The position numbers and the translations under genes are program-made. Shown piece by piece: positions 49,571 to 58,786 of a stretch of 64,000 nucleotides of DNA. The notes under the pieces were generated by a model. That model was not told where the DNA came from. It did no database searches and saw only the letters and a list, made by a program, of their open reading frames with translations. This stretch comes from Verrucomicrobiota bacterium (GTDB lineage Bacteria; Verrucomicrobiota; Lentisphaeria; Lentisphaerales; Lentisphaeraceae), in assembly GCA_039798785.1 (NCBI GenBank), contig JBDKFG010000002.1, positions 1 through 64,000 of the forward strand, in the 5' to 3' direction. Position 1 is the first letter of the stretch. Each line of letters opens with the position of its first letter.

Positions 49571-50236
49571 TCAGTTTTGTTGCCCTTGTGTAAATTCTTT
49601 CGATCCTGCGGCCATATTTTCTACATCCCCCATAATAACAGTCTTATATATGTGGTTTACAATATTCATCTGACTTGTGTTGGTTTTAATCATTTCGAAA
49701 TCTGAACACTGAGATTCAATTTCCAATGTAAACAAAATTATTTTAGTTTTTATTGTATCAATAATTTTTACCAGTCTCGACTCTGGGATTAATTTCTTAA
49801 CTCCGACTAGCTTCATGTTGTTGTAGAAATTATCTTCAATGAGATTGATAAAATCCTGGGGAATAGCGGTGTTAACTACGCCTGCTTTACATGATTTTAT
49901 TAAATTGTCAATTTCAGAAATCCCCTCACCTAGGTCGCAGCAAAAAAATATATCTCTTAAATCTTCAGGAACATTTAATTCGGGCAGCTGCACATCTTTA
50001 AGTGATTGAAACCTGCCAATGAAATGCCCTAATACTAAAGTCCTGAACTTTCTATATTCCGGGATATTTTCTTTATCTCTGTATCCATCCAGCTCAGAAT
50101 TTACCCAGTCCTTAAATTTATCGTGATTTAATTTATATGCAAGAATTAAACAGAGTCTTAGCAAAGATGAAATATCAATCTTGGGGTCAACTGCCGCAGT
50201 TTGAATCTGCTGTAATAGAGTCGATTGGCGTTCCAT
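49571..50236 (-). CDS. AbiTii-domain protein
   Basis: LL.QIQ..AVD..DISSLLR.C..LA.KL....F..WV..ELDGY....PEYR N-terminus. Confidence 0.85.
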   Translation of the reverse strand: MERQSTLLQQIQTAAVDPKIDISSLLRLCLILAYKLNHDKFKDWVNSELDGYRDKENIPEYRKFRTLVLGHFIGRFQSLKDVQLPELNVPEDLRDIFFCCDLGEGISEIDNLIKSCKAGVVNTAIPQDFINLIEDNFYNNMKLVGVKKLIPESRLVKIIDTIKTKIILFTLEIESQCSDFEMIKTNTSQMNIVNHIYKTVIMGDVENMAAGSKEFTQGQQN

Positions 50237-50862
50237 TAGGAGACTCCATAAAAGGATTTTAGTGCTCCGACAACGAATTCAGAAATTACATTCACAGTTA
50301 CCGCTCCACCGAGGCCAACAGCCGCCTTAGTCATCATCTTGCCGATCCAAGCCCCAACTTTAGGGCCAAATCTTTCAGGCACCTCTAATTTAGGCTCCTC
50401 GCTGACAGCCTGCTTGAGCTCTACAATATCTTCCTCATTGACCCCTTTTGACTTCAATGCAGCGGAAAGACTCTCCCAATTACCAGTGTATATTGTTATG
50501 GTTGATGATTGGGTGAAATTCGAGCTATTCACAGCAATGTTCCCAACTGAACCATGAATAGTGATTCCGTGGTTTGGCGTGGGTTGATTCATTTTGACAT
50601 CTCCTTTGATTAATTTGAGGGAGTAGTGATCAGAAATGCCTCCAATGCCTTTTTGGCAGTGGCTTTCGACAATCGTGTATCGTTCAGTTTTTCCATTTGG
50701 CAGTTGTCGCGTCAACGTGTCGCCATCATCTGCGTCGCAGGTAAGATCAAAAATTGTAGTTGGATGCTTTAGCTGCAAGGCAGTCTTAAATGGCCCCAAG
50801 GTTTTGCCATTTAATTTTTCGATATAAACTGAGTCATTCATCAGATCATCGAACGGATTCAT
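50236..50862 (-). CDS. Hypothetical protein carrying the helical C-terminus usually seen on AbiTii proteins
   Basis: GNWESLSAAL..GV.EEDI.ELK.A...FGPKVGAWIGKM..KAA...YG; coupled to hsdS and abiTii. Confidence 0.7.
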   Translation of the reverse strand: MNPFDDLMNDSVYIEKLNGKTLGPFKTALQLKHPTTIFDLTCDADDGDTLTRQLPNGKTERYTIVESHCQKGIGGISDHYSLKLIKGDVKMNQPTPNHGITIHGSVGNIAVNSSNFTQSSTITIYTGNWESLSAALKSKGVNEEDIVELKQAVSEEPKLEVPERFGPKVGAWIGKMMTKAAVGLGGAVTVNVISEFVVGALKSFYGVS

Positions 50863-52073
50863 GAGGCGCTTCCTCCAGTTTTAACTCTTCTCTTCCCCGT
50901 CAGCAACTCCTGCATCAGGGCTTGTTTTTCTTGCTTGAGGCGGTCGAGCTGCTGCTGTAAAGCGGCAATCCCTTGATCGGCGGTAGTCAGGATGGCGGCA
51001 ATGCTTTGCTGCTCTTCTCGATCAAGCGGCATGAAAATTGATTTCTTCAGGAAATCCTCAAAGTTAAAAGTCATTTTTTCAATATGAACGCCCGAACTGG
51101 ATTCAAAAGCCAATTGATACACCGCTTTCTGCTTGCAGAACCAGTCAAAGAACTCTATGCTCAGTTTGTTTTGGTTTTTCGCGTTTACCGCAATGTAGGA
51201 ATCTGAAATGTGATGACCATCGAATTGCTCTGTGACTAGCCCCATGGCACCGTGCACGATCTGCATTTTTGAGATGATGAAATCCCCTGCATGGGCTGTG
51301 TTCATCTTCTTGGTCAAGATTTGGTGGCCTTTCAAGACTTCTCGGAGGACAACGCCCTCGGAACGCCGCTTGACGCTGAGCAGTCGATAGTCAACAGCAT
51401 CGTCCCAATTTACCGGTCGTTTGACTTCTTTGATCAACTCCCCCAACCTCACCTCTTGCCACTCTCCCGTGCATCCCGGCAGGCGTTTTTTGCCGGTGAG
51501 GAGTTGCTGCATGAGGGCGCGTTTCTGCTGCTGGGAGTTCTCCAGGAGTTTTGCGCTGGCCGCAATCGCGGCATCCCAGGTCGACAGGATTTCCGCTATC
51601 TTCTTTTGTTCGGGGAGAGGGGGAATTGGAACTTGAATCGTCTTAACGAGGCCAGAACTTAGGTTGTCCTGGCTGCCGCCATTGCTGAGTCCACGAATGG
51701 CTTCATACTGCGATTGGAGGTAGTAGTAATGGAAATCCGGAGATTGCTTTGAATTCAGGAGAATAGCGGCACAAGCTTGGTTTGTTGTCGCTTCAATTCC
51801 AAGTTTTCCGACTTGACCGCGAGTTTTTCCTTGCCCGTACATAGCCATAAGAAGTGTATCTACAGGAAAGAGTTTTGCGGATGACTCGTTCATGCCTTTC
51901 TGAGTAATTTTTTCGGCTGATGAATAAATCGTTCCAAAGCACACTTCAGCAGTCGTCACCCAGGGAATATGACCATTCCAATATTCCGGCACATTCCGGC
52001 TAGGAGTGCCCCCGGAAGTCACACGAGCAACGTCCCCCAGAGTTTTGACTTCCCATCCTTCCGGCAGCTTCAT
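50859..52073 (-). CDS. hsdS: Type I specificity subunit S (two TRDs)
   Basis: LPEGW; SGGTP; PPLPEQKKIAEIL; duplicated K.ALMQ.LLTGK.R conserved regions. Confidence 0.95.
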   Translation of the reverse strand: MKLPEGWEVKTLGDVARVTSGGTPSRNVPEYWNGHIPWVTTAEVCFGTIYSSAEKITQKGMNESSAKLFPVDTLLMAMYGQGKTRGQVGKLGIEATTNQACAAILLNSKQSPDFHYYYLQSQYEAIRGLSNGGSQDNLSSGLVKTIQVPIPPLPEQKKIAEILSTWDAAIAASAKLLENSQQQKRALMQQLLTGKKRLPGCTGEWQEVRLGELIKEVKRPVNWDDAVDYRLLSVKRRSEGVVLREVLKGHQILTKKMNTAHAGDFIISKMQIVHGAMGLVTEQFDGHHISDSYIAVNAKNQNKLSIEFFDWFCKQKAVYQLAFESSSGVHIEKMTFNFEDFLKKSIFMPLDREEQQSIAAILTTADQGIAALQQQLDRLKQEKQALMQELLTGKRRVKTGGSAS

Positions 52074-52717
52074 ACGACCACCTTGGCTGAGTATTCCGCG
52101 TAGAACTTATCATTGATATGAGATTTAATCTGAAGGTAAGCCTTGCTGGGGATTGGTGGGAATCGGAAGTACTCGTTTTCTTCTTCGGTCACCCCAGGGA
52201 GATTGCCATAGCCAGTGTTACTAAAAATGATCAAGCCTGTGCGATTGAGCCGAACAAAGAGATCCGGCAGACCCGAAGGGGCTCGCTTGGCGAGCTTTGC
52301 GGCCTCCGCGTAATAGGTGCGCATGAAATTCAACATCCCAGCCTCATCGTTTTCCTTTGGCCAGGAATGACACTCATGGAACTTATCGAGGTGAACGAGG
52401 AGGATGATCTCCAAGCGTGAAAGATCGCCGACGACGCGCATTTGTTCTTCGTAGAGGTCGAAGTCCGAGAGTTCCGGCTTCTGGTGCCCCCAATACAGCG
52501 CCATGAGCATATCCATTTTCTCTTTGCACTGCGCGGCCATGGTGGCTTGGTAAAGGATGATGAAGCGAGAAGCAGTGGCGTCCGTGACCTCGATGGGAGA
52601 GACCTCGTATTTAAGCATCGACTCCGTCACTTGCCGCAACTGAACTTCCCTGACCAAGTCAAAGGCCACCGAGAGTGCCTTGGTGGTCATGCCGAGAGCT
52701 GTGCTTAAGCCACTCAT
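52070..52717 (-). CDS. Hypothetical protein (R-M cargo)
   Basis: ATGA overlaps on both sides with start MSGLSTAL. Confidence 0.65.
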   Translation of the reverse strand: MSGLSTALGMTTKALSVAFDLVREVQLRQVTESMLKYEVSPIEVTDATASRFIILYQATMAAQCKEKMDMLMALYWGHQKPELSDFDLYEEQMRVVGDLSRLEIILLVHLDKFHECHSWPKENDEAGMLNFMRTYYAEAAKLAKRAPSGLPDLFVRLNRTGLIIFSNTGYGNLPGVTEEENEYFRFPPIPSKAYLQIKSHINDKFYAEYSAKVVV

Positions 52718-53307
52718 GGCATGAGCTCCCGGATCTGGACTTTGAGGGGTTCCCAACAGGGATGCGCGAGATCGCAGTGTTGCTGGAGGAGGCCGCGATT
52801 GGCGACGGGGGCGCGTCCTTGGGCGAGGAGGGTGGCGTAGAACAGAGTTTTCTGCTGTTGGGCTTCGTTGCCGCCGACACAGGAGCTGAAGCTGGGGGCG
52901 CATTGGAGCGGCTTGCCTTCATCCGGCTTGAGCGAATGGAGCAAGAGGGCTTCGAGGCTGCCGGGGCCGGTCTCCGGCAGGATGTGGGAGGCGTAGACCA
53001 GCTCGGGGAAGCGAACTTGCAGATCCCGTCCGAGGTCGCTGAGAGCTTGGCGGCTGGCCTTCGGATCGCTGTCGGCATCGGCGAGAACGAGGAGATGAGT
53101 CAAGGAGGGGCCGGTGATGGTGCCGTCGGCGAGATCAAAGGCGATCGAGCGGAAATTATCCTTCCCCTCGGCCTGGTAGATGCAGAGCTGTTCTTTGCCG
53201 TAGCCCATGCCCTTGGTCAGCTCGACCAGGGCGTTGACCTCTTCGTCGCCTTCGACGAGGACGACGCGGGGGCTGCTGAGCTGCTGTTTAGCGGATTTCA
53301 TGTTCAT
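52714..53307 (-). CDS. DUF3226 TOPRIM-like protein
   Basis: VLVEG.EE, LADAD, PGSLEALL, HP...PL motifs; overlaps the ATPase gene. Confidence 0.75.
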   Translation of the reverse strand: MNMKSAKQQLSSPRVVLVEGDEEVNALVELTKGMGYGKEQLCIYQAEGKDNFRSIAFDLADGTITGPSLTHLLVLADADSDPKASRQALSDLGRDLQVRFPELVYASHILPETGPGSLEALLLHSLKPDEGKPLQCAPSFSSCVGGNEAQQQKTLFYATLLAQGRAPVANRGLLQQHCDLAHPCWEPLKVQIRELMP

Positions 53308-54295
53308 CTCCGACGAGGCGCAGGGCCTTCTCCGCGTCGATCAGGTTGACGCGGTGTTTGCCATTCTGGAAGATGAGCTTGAGGATGGCGAAATCGGTCT
53401 TGCGTTCTTCCATGACGGGGAGGAACTTCTGCAGGCATTCGTAGCTGTGGCTGCTGACGAAGAGCTGGACATTGAAGCGTTCGGCGAAGTCGAGGAGCTG
53501 TTGCCAGAAGCTGGCGAGGCGGCTGTGGTGGATGCCGTTTTCGACCTCGTCGATGATCAGGTAGCCGTCGCGGCATTGGACTACGGCAGCGAGGAGGAAG
53601 ACGATGCGCTGAAGACCGTCGCCGTAGAAGTTGATCGGCAGGAAGGCGTCGGAGCTGCGGGCGTAGAGGACGGGCAAGCCGCTTTCGATGAGGATATCGA
53701 GGTCGAACTTGGTGTCATGGAAGAGTTGGCGCAGAGCATCGCGGCAGGCCTCGTAGTGGCCGGTTTTCTTCAGGTCGCTGATAAAGGCGACGGCATGATT
53801 AAAATGGGGCGAGATGTAGAAGAGTTTGGGGAGGATGACCGGAACCGGGCTGGTGATTTCGAGCTGGCCGTTGTTGCGGAAGACGATTTGGCTGTGCTGA
53901 TTGAGGTGGCTGACGCTGAGAGTGGCATCGGTGGACTGGGCTTTCTCTCCGGTGAAGGATCCGATCAAATTCGACTGGGATTCCTGAGCATCGACAACTA
54001 AGGGTTGACCGTCGAGCTGAGCTTCGATATGGAAGCGGCGCTGTGGCGAGGCTTTATTAAAAATATTCTCCCAGAGCGGCTGAATGTTGCCGCTCAGGGG
54101 AACATTGTAGGTGCGCAGGGTGTTGACTTGATTAAAGACATCCGTGCGGTGGGAGCCGAAGAGGAAGAAGATGGCTTCCAGGAGGGAGGTTTTGCCGGCG
54201 TTGTTATCGCCGATGATCAAGTTGACCTTGCGGGTCGACTCGATCTTGAGCTCGGCGATACCGCGGAAGTTCTGGATGTGGATATTGGTAATCAT
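53288..54295 (-). CDS. ABC-type AAA_15/AAA_21 ATPase
   Basis: IQNFRG, GDNNAGKTSLLE, GDG signature, IIDEVENGIH, SSHS. Confidence 0.9.
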   Translation of the reverse strand: MITNIHIQNFRGIAELKIESTRKVNLIIGDNNAGKTSLLEAIFFLFGSHRTDVFNQVNTLRTYNVPLSGNIQPLWENIFNKASPQRRFHIEAQLDGQPLVVDAQESQSNLIGSFTGEKAQSTDATLSVSHLNQHSQIVFRNNGQLEITSPVPVILPKLFYISPHFNHAVAFISDLKKTGHYEACRDALRQLFHDTKFDLDILIESGLPVLYARSSDAFLPINFYGDGLQRIVFLLAAVVQCRDGYLIIDEVENGIHHSRLASFWQQLLDFAERFNVQLFVSSHSYECLQKFLPVMEERKTDFAILKLIFQNGKHRVNLIDAEKALRLVGDEHEIR

Positions 54296-54307
54296 GAGTC
54301 AAGCCCT

Positions 54308-54347
54308 GAGAAGAGTGAAATGGGAAGAGTGAAGAGTGAAATGAGCG
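54308..54347. repeat. Heptamer (AGTGAAG-like) tandem repeat
   Basis: AGTGAAA TGGGAAG AGTGAAG AGTGAAA. Confidence 0.7.
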
Positions 54348-54381
54348 AGGAAGACGAGGCGGGTGCGGGAGTTTTCATAGG

Positions 54382-54816
54382 TTACGATCTTTCCAGAGAG
54401 GATTCTGTCGTGAGATTAGCCTCGGCTGGCGGCTTGGCGAGGGAGCTGGAGCAGGAAGCTTGAGGGAAGCTCAATTCCAGGGCCAGATTGAGGTCCTGTG
54501 AGATCCGGGCGAGGATATCGAGATCGAAGCTTTGGCGGCGATCCGGGTGGATGCGGCGAAGCAGCTCGGCACGCGGCAGGCCAAGGCGGCGGGCGAGTTT
54601 CGCTTGGCTGAGTTTGAGTTCCCGCAGACGAGCGCGGATGCGTGCGTAGAGGCGTTCCTTGAGCAAATCCGCCTTGAATTCCGGGGTGCGCATCACCTCA
54701 GTGGCGGCGGCCTTGAGCTCGTTGTAATCCTCTTCGGTGAAGGGCTCCAAGGCCATGAACTCGGCGAGGAGTTCAGGAGGAATGGGCTGGGACAGGGTGA
54801 TGGGTTCGAAGTTCAT
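54382..54816 (-). CDS. XRE-family HTH protein
   Basis: RLRELKLSQAKLARRLGL..AEL...I....F.LD.LARI. Confidence 0.7.
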   Translation of the reverse strand: MNFEPITLSQPIPPELLAEFMALEPFTEEDYNELKAAATEVMRTPEFKADLLKERLYARIRARLRELKLSQAKLARRLGLPRAELLRRIHPDRRQSFDLDILARISQDLNLALELSFPQASCSSSLAKPPAEANLTTESSLERS

Positions 54817-54817
54817 T

Positions 54818-55903
54818 TCAGGTCTCATCAGCCCATTGCAAGGGTTTGATGCAATCTTTAAATCGACCATAATTTTTAGTCAAATGCTGATACCTCCCCG
54901 CGACGACCCCAGGAGATATCTTCAACTCTTTTGCTAGGCTACGAATTCCCGCACTACTCGTTATTTTCTCAATTTGTTTATTGTAAGATTTTGGTATCAA
55001 CAATTCAGCCGCAAATTCATTCGCCTTTATTTCTTCCGGGTCGTCGTCGTATTTCCCATCATCAAGATAAATTTGTTGCTTTTTACCATGTAAAACATGA
55101 CCGAGTTCGTGGAAAAATGAAAACCAGAATTTGTCCTCGGCCTTACCTCGAATATTCAAATAGATGGCCACTTTATCCTTATCCAACCACTCAGTCGCTC
55201 CTGACCACGGAGCTTTGGGGAATTCCTTGGTCAGAGTCAAAGCGCAGCCAAAAGAGGCGCAGATGGCATGAGCTTGCTTCAAGGCCTCATTGATATTAAG
55301 AATCGTCAGATTACGGAGCTGCAAAATAGCGATTTGCGCTTTTTCTTTATCAAAGGGCTGGCAACTTGTTCTGAGAGCAGACTTTTTGGCGAGACAGAGC
55401 CAAGCGGCCACGGCTGCGGAATCCGCAGAAACCTTGGTGGATCTACGAGCTGCCGCGACTGGCTTGCCCCAGACTTCCTCCCATGAATGGGGCGAACTTA
55501 CACCATAAAAAGAGAGGACCTGATTCAGTGTCTCAATGCTTTTTTCTGTGCTGGTAACAATCTTGCGAGATTGCAATTCTTTAAGAGGTTGCGTTTTCAG
55601 CCATCCCACCAGCTCAGAATTCCTCTTATCTTGTTCGAGCCTTGCAAGATGAGATCGATATTGAGCTTCGCGGTTGACCCAAAACTCGGCGTCAACCCCA
55701 GTTGCCATCTCAAGCTTCAGCGCGATTTCATGGGTGATCGGTTGTGTGCCTTTGAGGATGCGACTGATGCTCATGGAAGAGATCTCAGTTCTTTTGGCAA
55801 GATCCTCTTGGTTGATGCAGAGGAACTCCATGGTTTCCAGCAGTGTGTCAGTGGGGGGGCTGACTTCCTGCGGCACATATTTGTAAAGTTTCTTGGCTTT
55901 CAT
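54818..55903 (-). CDS. higA: HigA antitoxin fused to ImmA/IrrE metallopeptidase
   Basis: PP..TL.E...NQEDLA.R...ITHEIALKLE..FW.N; FWFSFFHELGH; E..AN.FA. Confidence 0.88.
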   Translation of the reverse strand: MKAKKLYKYVPQEVSPPTDTLLETMEFLCINQEDLAKRTEISSMSISRILKGTQPITHEIALKLEMATGVDAEFWVNREAQYRSHLARLEQDKRNSELVGWLKTQPLKELQSRKIVTSTEKSIETLNQVLSFYGVSSPHSWEEVWGKPVAAARRSTKVSADSAAVAAWLCLAKKSALRTSCQPFDKEKAQIAILQLRNLTILNINEALKQAHAICASFGCALTLTKEFPKAPWSGATEWLDKDKVAIYLNIRGKAEDKFWFSFFHELGHVLHGKKQQIYLDDGKYDDDPEEIKANEFAAELLIPKSYNKQIEKITSSAGIRSLAKELKISPGVVAGRYQHLTKNYGRFKDCIKPLQWADET

Positions 55904-56238
55904 TCGTGCGTGTCCGTGATTTCAATGATTTCCACTTCGGTGACGAGATCCAGGTCAATGCCTCCGTCAGGCTTGGTCGGAATGGGCTCGTTAGCCGGGA
56001 TGAAGAGAAGTCGGTAGGGGTGGTTGAGGTCTACTGAGAATTGGCCTTTGCGGTTCTGACTAAGCTCATGACATCGGGTTGGAGGGAGGCGAGAGAGATG
56101 TGCTAAGCTTGGCGCTGCTGCGATCTCGTCGAGTCGCCGCAAGATCTTGGCGGTTTGGGTCGGGCCATAGGTACGGGCTCTATCCTTTGGATCGCTCAGG
56201 TTCTTTGCCAGCTTCTTGCTGCTAAAGCTTATCTCCAT
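55900..56238 (-). CDS. higB: HigB/RelE family toxin
   Basis: MEISF..KKL; RCHEL..NRKGQFSVDL.HPYRLLF.P; IIEI.DTH. Confidence 0.9.
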   Translation of the reverse strand: MEISFSSKKLAKNLSDPKDRARTYGPTQTAKILRRLDEIAAAPSLAHLSRLPPTRCHELSQNRKGQFSVDLNHPYRLLFIPANEPIPTKPDGGIDLDLVTEVEIIEITDTHE

Positions 56239-56278
56239 CGGGAGCTCCTGTCAAACTTTATAACAAAATTTGTTACGA

Positions 56279-58114
56279 TCATTCATAGCCCAGCTCCTTG
56301 AGATAGCCGGCCATCTTGATCTCCAAATCAGCCAGCTCGGCCTTGAGGGCGAGGCGTTGGCTGCGGATGGCGACGAGATCAAGCGTGGCTTCCTCCTCGA
56401 ATGTGTCGACATAGCGGGGGATGTTGAGGTTGAAGTCGTTGCTACGGATCTCTTCGAGGGTGGCGAGGTGCGCGTACTTGGGGACGCTCTGGCGGGCCTT
56501 GGCGGTGGCGAGGATCTTGGCGATGTGCTCAGGCGCGAGGAGGTTCTGATTCTTGCCTGCCTTGCAGTCCGAGGAGGCGTCGATGAAGAGCACCTTGGCG
56601 TCGGTTTTCTGCTTGCGGAAGATGAGGATCGCGGCGGGGATGCCGGTGCCATAGAAGAGCTTCTCGGGAAGGCCGATGACGGTATCCAGGAGGTTCTCCT
56701 CGATCAGCTTTTGGCGGATGCTGCCTTCAGTGGAGCCACGGAAGAGCACGCCGTGCGGGACGACGACACCCATGCGGCCGGAGCCGGGCTTGAGGGTCTC
56801 GATCATGTGGAGGATGAAGGCGTAGTCGCCCTTGGTTTTGGGCGGGACGCCGCGACGGAAGCGGCCGAAGGGATCGTGCTCGGCTTCCTCGTGTCCCCAT
56901 TTGTCGAGGGAGAAGGGCGGGTTGGCGGTGACGACATCGAAGAGCTCCAGGTCGCCGTTGCGGTCGAGAAGCTTGGGATTGCGGATGGTGTCGCCCCACT
57001 CGATCTTGTGGTTATCTTCGCCGTGGAGGAACATGTTCATCTTGGCGAGCGACCAGGTGGAGCCGATGGCTTCCTGGCCGAAGAGGGCGTAGTTCTTGGC
57101 GCCGGTGTCGCGGCGGATCTTGCGGCCGCACTTCATCAGGAGGGAGCCGGAGCCGCAGGCCGGGTCGCAGATGCGGTCGCCGGGCTTGGGGTCGAGGAGT
57201 TCGGCGATGAGGTCGGAGACTTCGGGCGGGGTATAGAACTCGCCGGCCTTCTGGCCACCGGAAGCGGCGAAGTTCTTGATCAGGTATTCGTAGGCGTTGC
57301 CGATGACATCGAGGGTGCCGACGCGGGAGGGGCGGAGGTTGAGGTCCGGCTTGGCGAAGTCTTCGAGGAGGTGGCGGAGGATGGTGTTCTTCTGCTTCTC
57401 TTCGCCGAGCTTGTCGGTGTTGAATGAGATGTCCTGGAAGACCGACTTGTTGGCGTCGCGCAGCTTGTTGCCGTTGGCTTCTTCGATGGCGTGCAGCGCC
57501 TGGTCGATGCGCTCACCGTTGCCGGGCTCGTGGCGTCGCTCGAAGAGTTTGTAGAAGGACGCCTCGGGCGGGAGGGCGAAGCGTTCGCTCTTCATCATCT
57601 CGGCGATCAGCTCGGGCTCGTCGCCGTATTGCTTCTGGTAGCCTTCGAAGTGGTCCTGCCAGACATCGGAGATGTACTTGAGGAAGAGCATGGTGAGGAT
57701 GAAGTCTTTGTAGGTATCCGGGCTGATGGTGCCGCGGAAGGTATCGCAGGCACCCCAGAGCGACTTATTGATGCCATCCTGCAGGCTTCCTTGCGAGCGC
57801 TCTTCGGGCTCGGCCTGGACGCGAGGAGTGGCGGCGGCTCGCGGCTCTTTCTTCTCTTTGACCAGCTTCGGCGCTTTTTCCTCTTTGGTGAAGAGCTCGC
57901 CTTGGGCGGGCTCTTCGCTAGCCGTGGCGCAGGCTAGGGAGCCGCCGCGTCCGCGTCCGGGGATAACCAATTGGGCAGCGACAAGCTCTTCCTTGGCGGC
58001 GAGGTAGGCGGCTTCATCGAGCTGGAGCTGAGCACGAAGGGAGACATTGCCGACAGTGGAGCCATCGGCAGGGAGGGCGTCGAGGAGGGATTGGGCGTGG
58101 GGTGAGAGGGACAT
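56279..58114 (-). CDS. hsdM: Type I m6A methyltransferase M with N-terminal extension
   Basis: LWGACD.FRG, GEFYTP, DPACGSG, NPPF, PHGVLFRG, NLNIPRY. Confidence 0.96.
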   Translation of the reverse strand: MSLSPHAQSLLDALPADGSTVGNVSLRAQLQLDEAAYLAAKEELVAAQLVIPGRGRGGSLACATASEEPAQGELFTKEEKAPKLVKEKKEPRAAATPRVQAEPEERSQGSLQDGINKSLWGACDTFRGTISPDTYKDFILTMLFLKYISDVWQDHFEGYQKQYGDEPELIAEMMKSERFALPPEASFYKLFERRHEPGNGERIDQALHAIEEANGNKLRDANKSVFQDISFNTDKLGEEKQKNTILRHLLEDFAKPDLNLRPSRVGTLDVIGNAYEYLIKNFAASGGQKAGEFYTPPEVSDLIAELLDPKPGDRICDPACGSGSLLMKCGRKIRRDTGAKNYALFGQEAIGSTWSLAKMNMFLHGEDNHKIEWGDTIRNPKLLDRNGDLELFDVVTANPPFSLDKWGHEEAEHDPFGRFRRGVPPKTKGDYAFILHMIETLKPGSGRMGVVVPHGVLFRGSTEGSIRQKLIEENLLDTVIGLPEKLFYGTGIPAAILIFRKQKTDAKVLFIDASSDCKAGKNQNLLAPEHIAKILATAKARQSVPKYAHLATLEEIRSNDFNLNIPRYVDTFEEEATLDLVAIRSQRLALKAELADLEIKMAGYLKELGYE

Positions 58115-58122
58115 GGGAGCCT

Positions 58123-58160
58123 GCTGAATGGTGAAGGGTGAAGTGGGAAGAGTGAGAGAA
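58123..58160. repeat. Heptamer (GGTGAAG-like) tandem repeat
   Basis: GCTGAAT GGTGAAG GGTGAAG TGGGAAG AGTGAGA. Confidence 0.7.
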
Positions 58161-58172
58161 ATAATAGAGCCG

Positions 58173-58778
58173 TTAACTGGGAGTTGATTGAAGATTAAGA
58201 ATTTTTTGAGCGACAGCGGCCATTTCCTGTTTGCGGAGCTGGATTAGCTGTGAGAGGGCCGAGATTTCTCGGTAAGCGGATTCGTAGAGGGCGATGATCT
58301 GCGTTTGAGCTTCCAAGGTCGGGACTCTGATGGGCGTTTGATCGAGCAGAGAACGACGGATGCTTTGCTGGTTGCTGCCTTCACTCAAGCGTGCGAAGTA
58401 GGCCTGGGCCGGCGCTTGATTGAGCTGCCAAGCGAGGAAGGCGGGACGGATCTTCACAGGATCAGGACGGATGATGAAGAGGTGCTGTGTACAGAGGGTG
58501 GGGCCGGGGACCTTGGTGAGACAGATGGCGCAGAGGTTTTCACCGCGACAGGTGAGCAGGACATCTCCAGCTTGCAGCCACGCGGACTTTGCCGGCAAAG
58601 GATCCTCGATACGCGCCAAGTTTTCCCAAACGGGTTCCGCGCCTTCCTTGACATCCCGAGTTTGGACGAGGCGGACAGATCCGTGCTTCGTCTCCTCGAT
58701 GCCGGTGCGGAAGACCTGGCCGAGACGGATCTCGGCCAGATCGGAGAGATCTGCGACTCTTATGGGAGGCATCAACAT
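58173..58778 (-). CDS. hsdS: Half-size (single TRD) type I specificity subunit
   Basis: L.DLAEI..G, L..GDVL..RG, PAFLAWQLN, VPTLE.Q..I. Confidence 0.8.
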   Translation of the reverse strand: MLMPPIRVADLSDLAEIRLGQVFRTGIEETKHGSVRLVQTRDVKEGAEPVWENLARIEDPLPAKSAWLQAGDVLLTCRGENLCAICLTKVPGPTLCTQHLFIIRPDPVKIRPAFLAWQLNQAPAQAYFARLSEGSNQQSIRRSLLDQTPIRVPTLEAQTQIIALYESAYREISALSQLIQLRKQEMAAVAQKILNLQSTPS

Positions 58779-58786
58779 GAGCTTAA

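Noticed and set aside
52718..52903. 62-aa N-terminal extension of ORF 52070-52903
   Set aside because: Overlaps DUF3226 out of frame; ATGA coupling supports the start at 52717
56270..57937. 385-aa and 148-aa + strand ORFs
   Set aside because: Antisense shadows of hsdM
46913..58778. MADS or BREX/Pgl system (MTase + ATPase + S + kinase)
   Set aside because: A canonical HsdR is present, the kinase is a small stand-alone protein, and no PglZ/BrxC or large MADS-type subunits are seen
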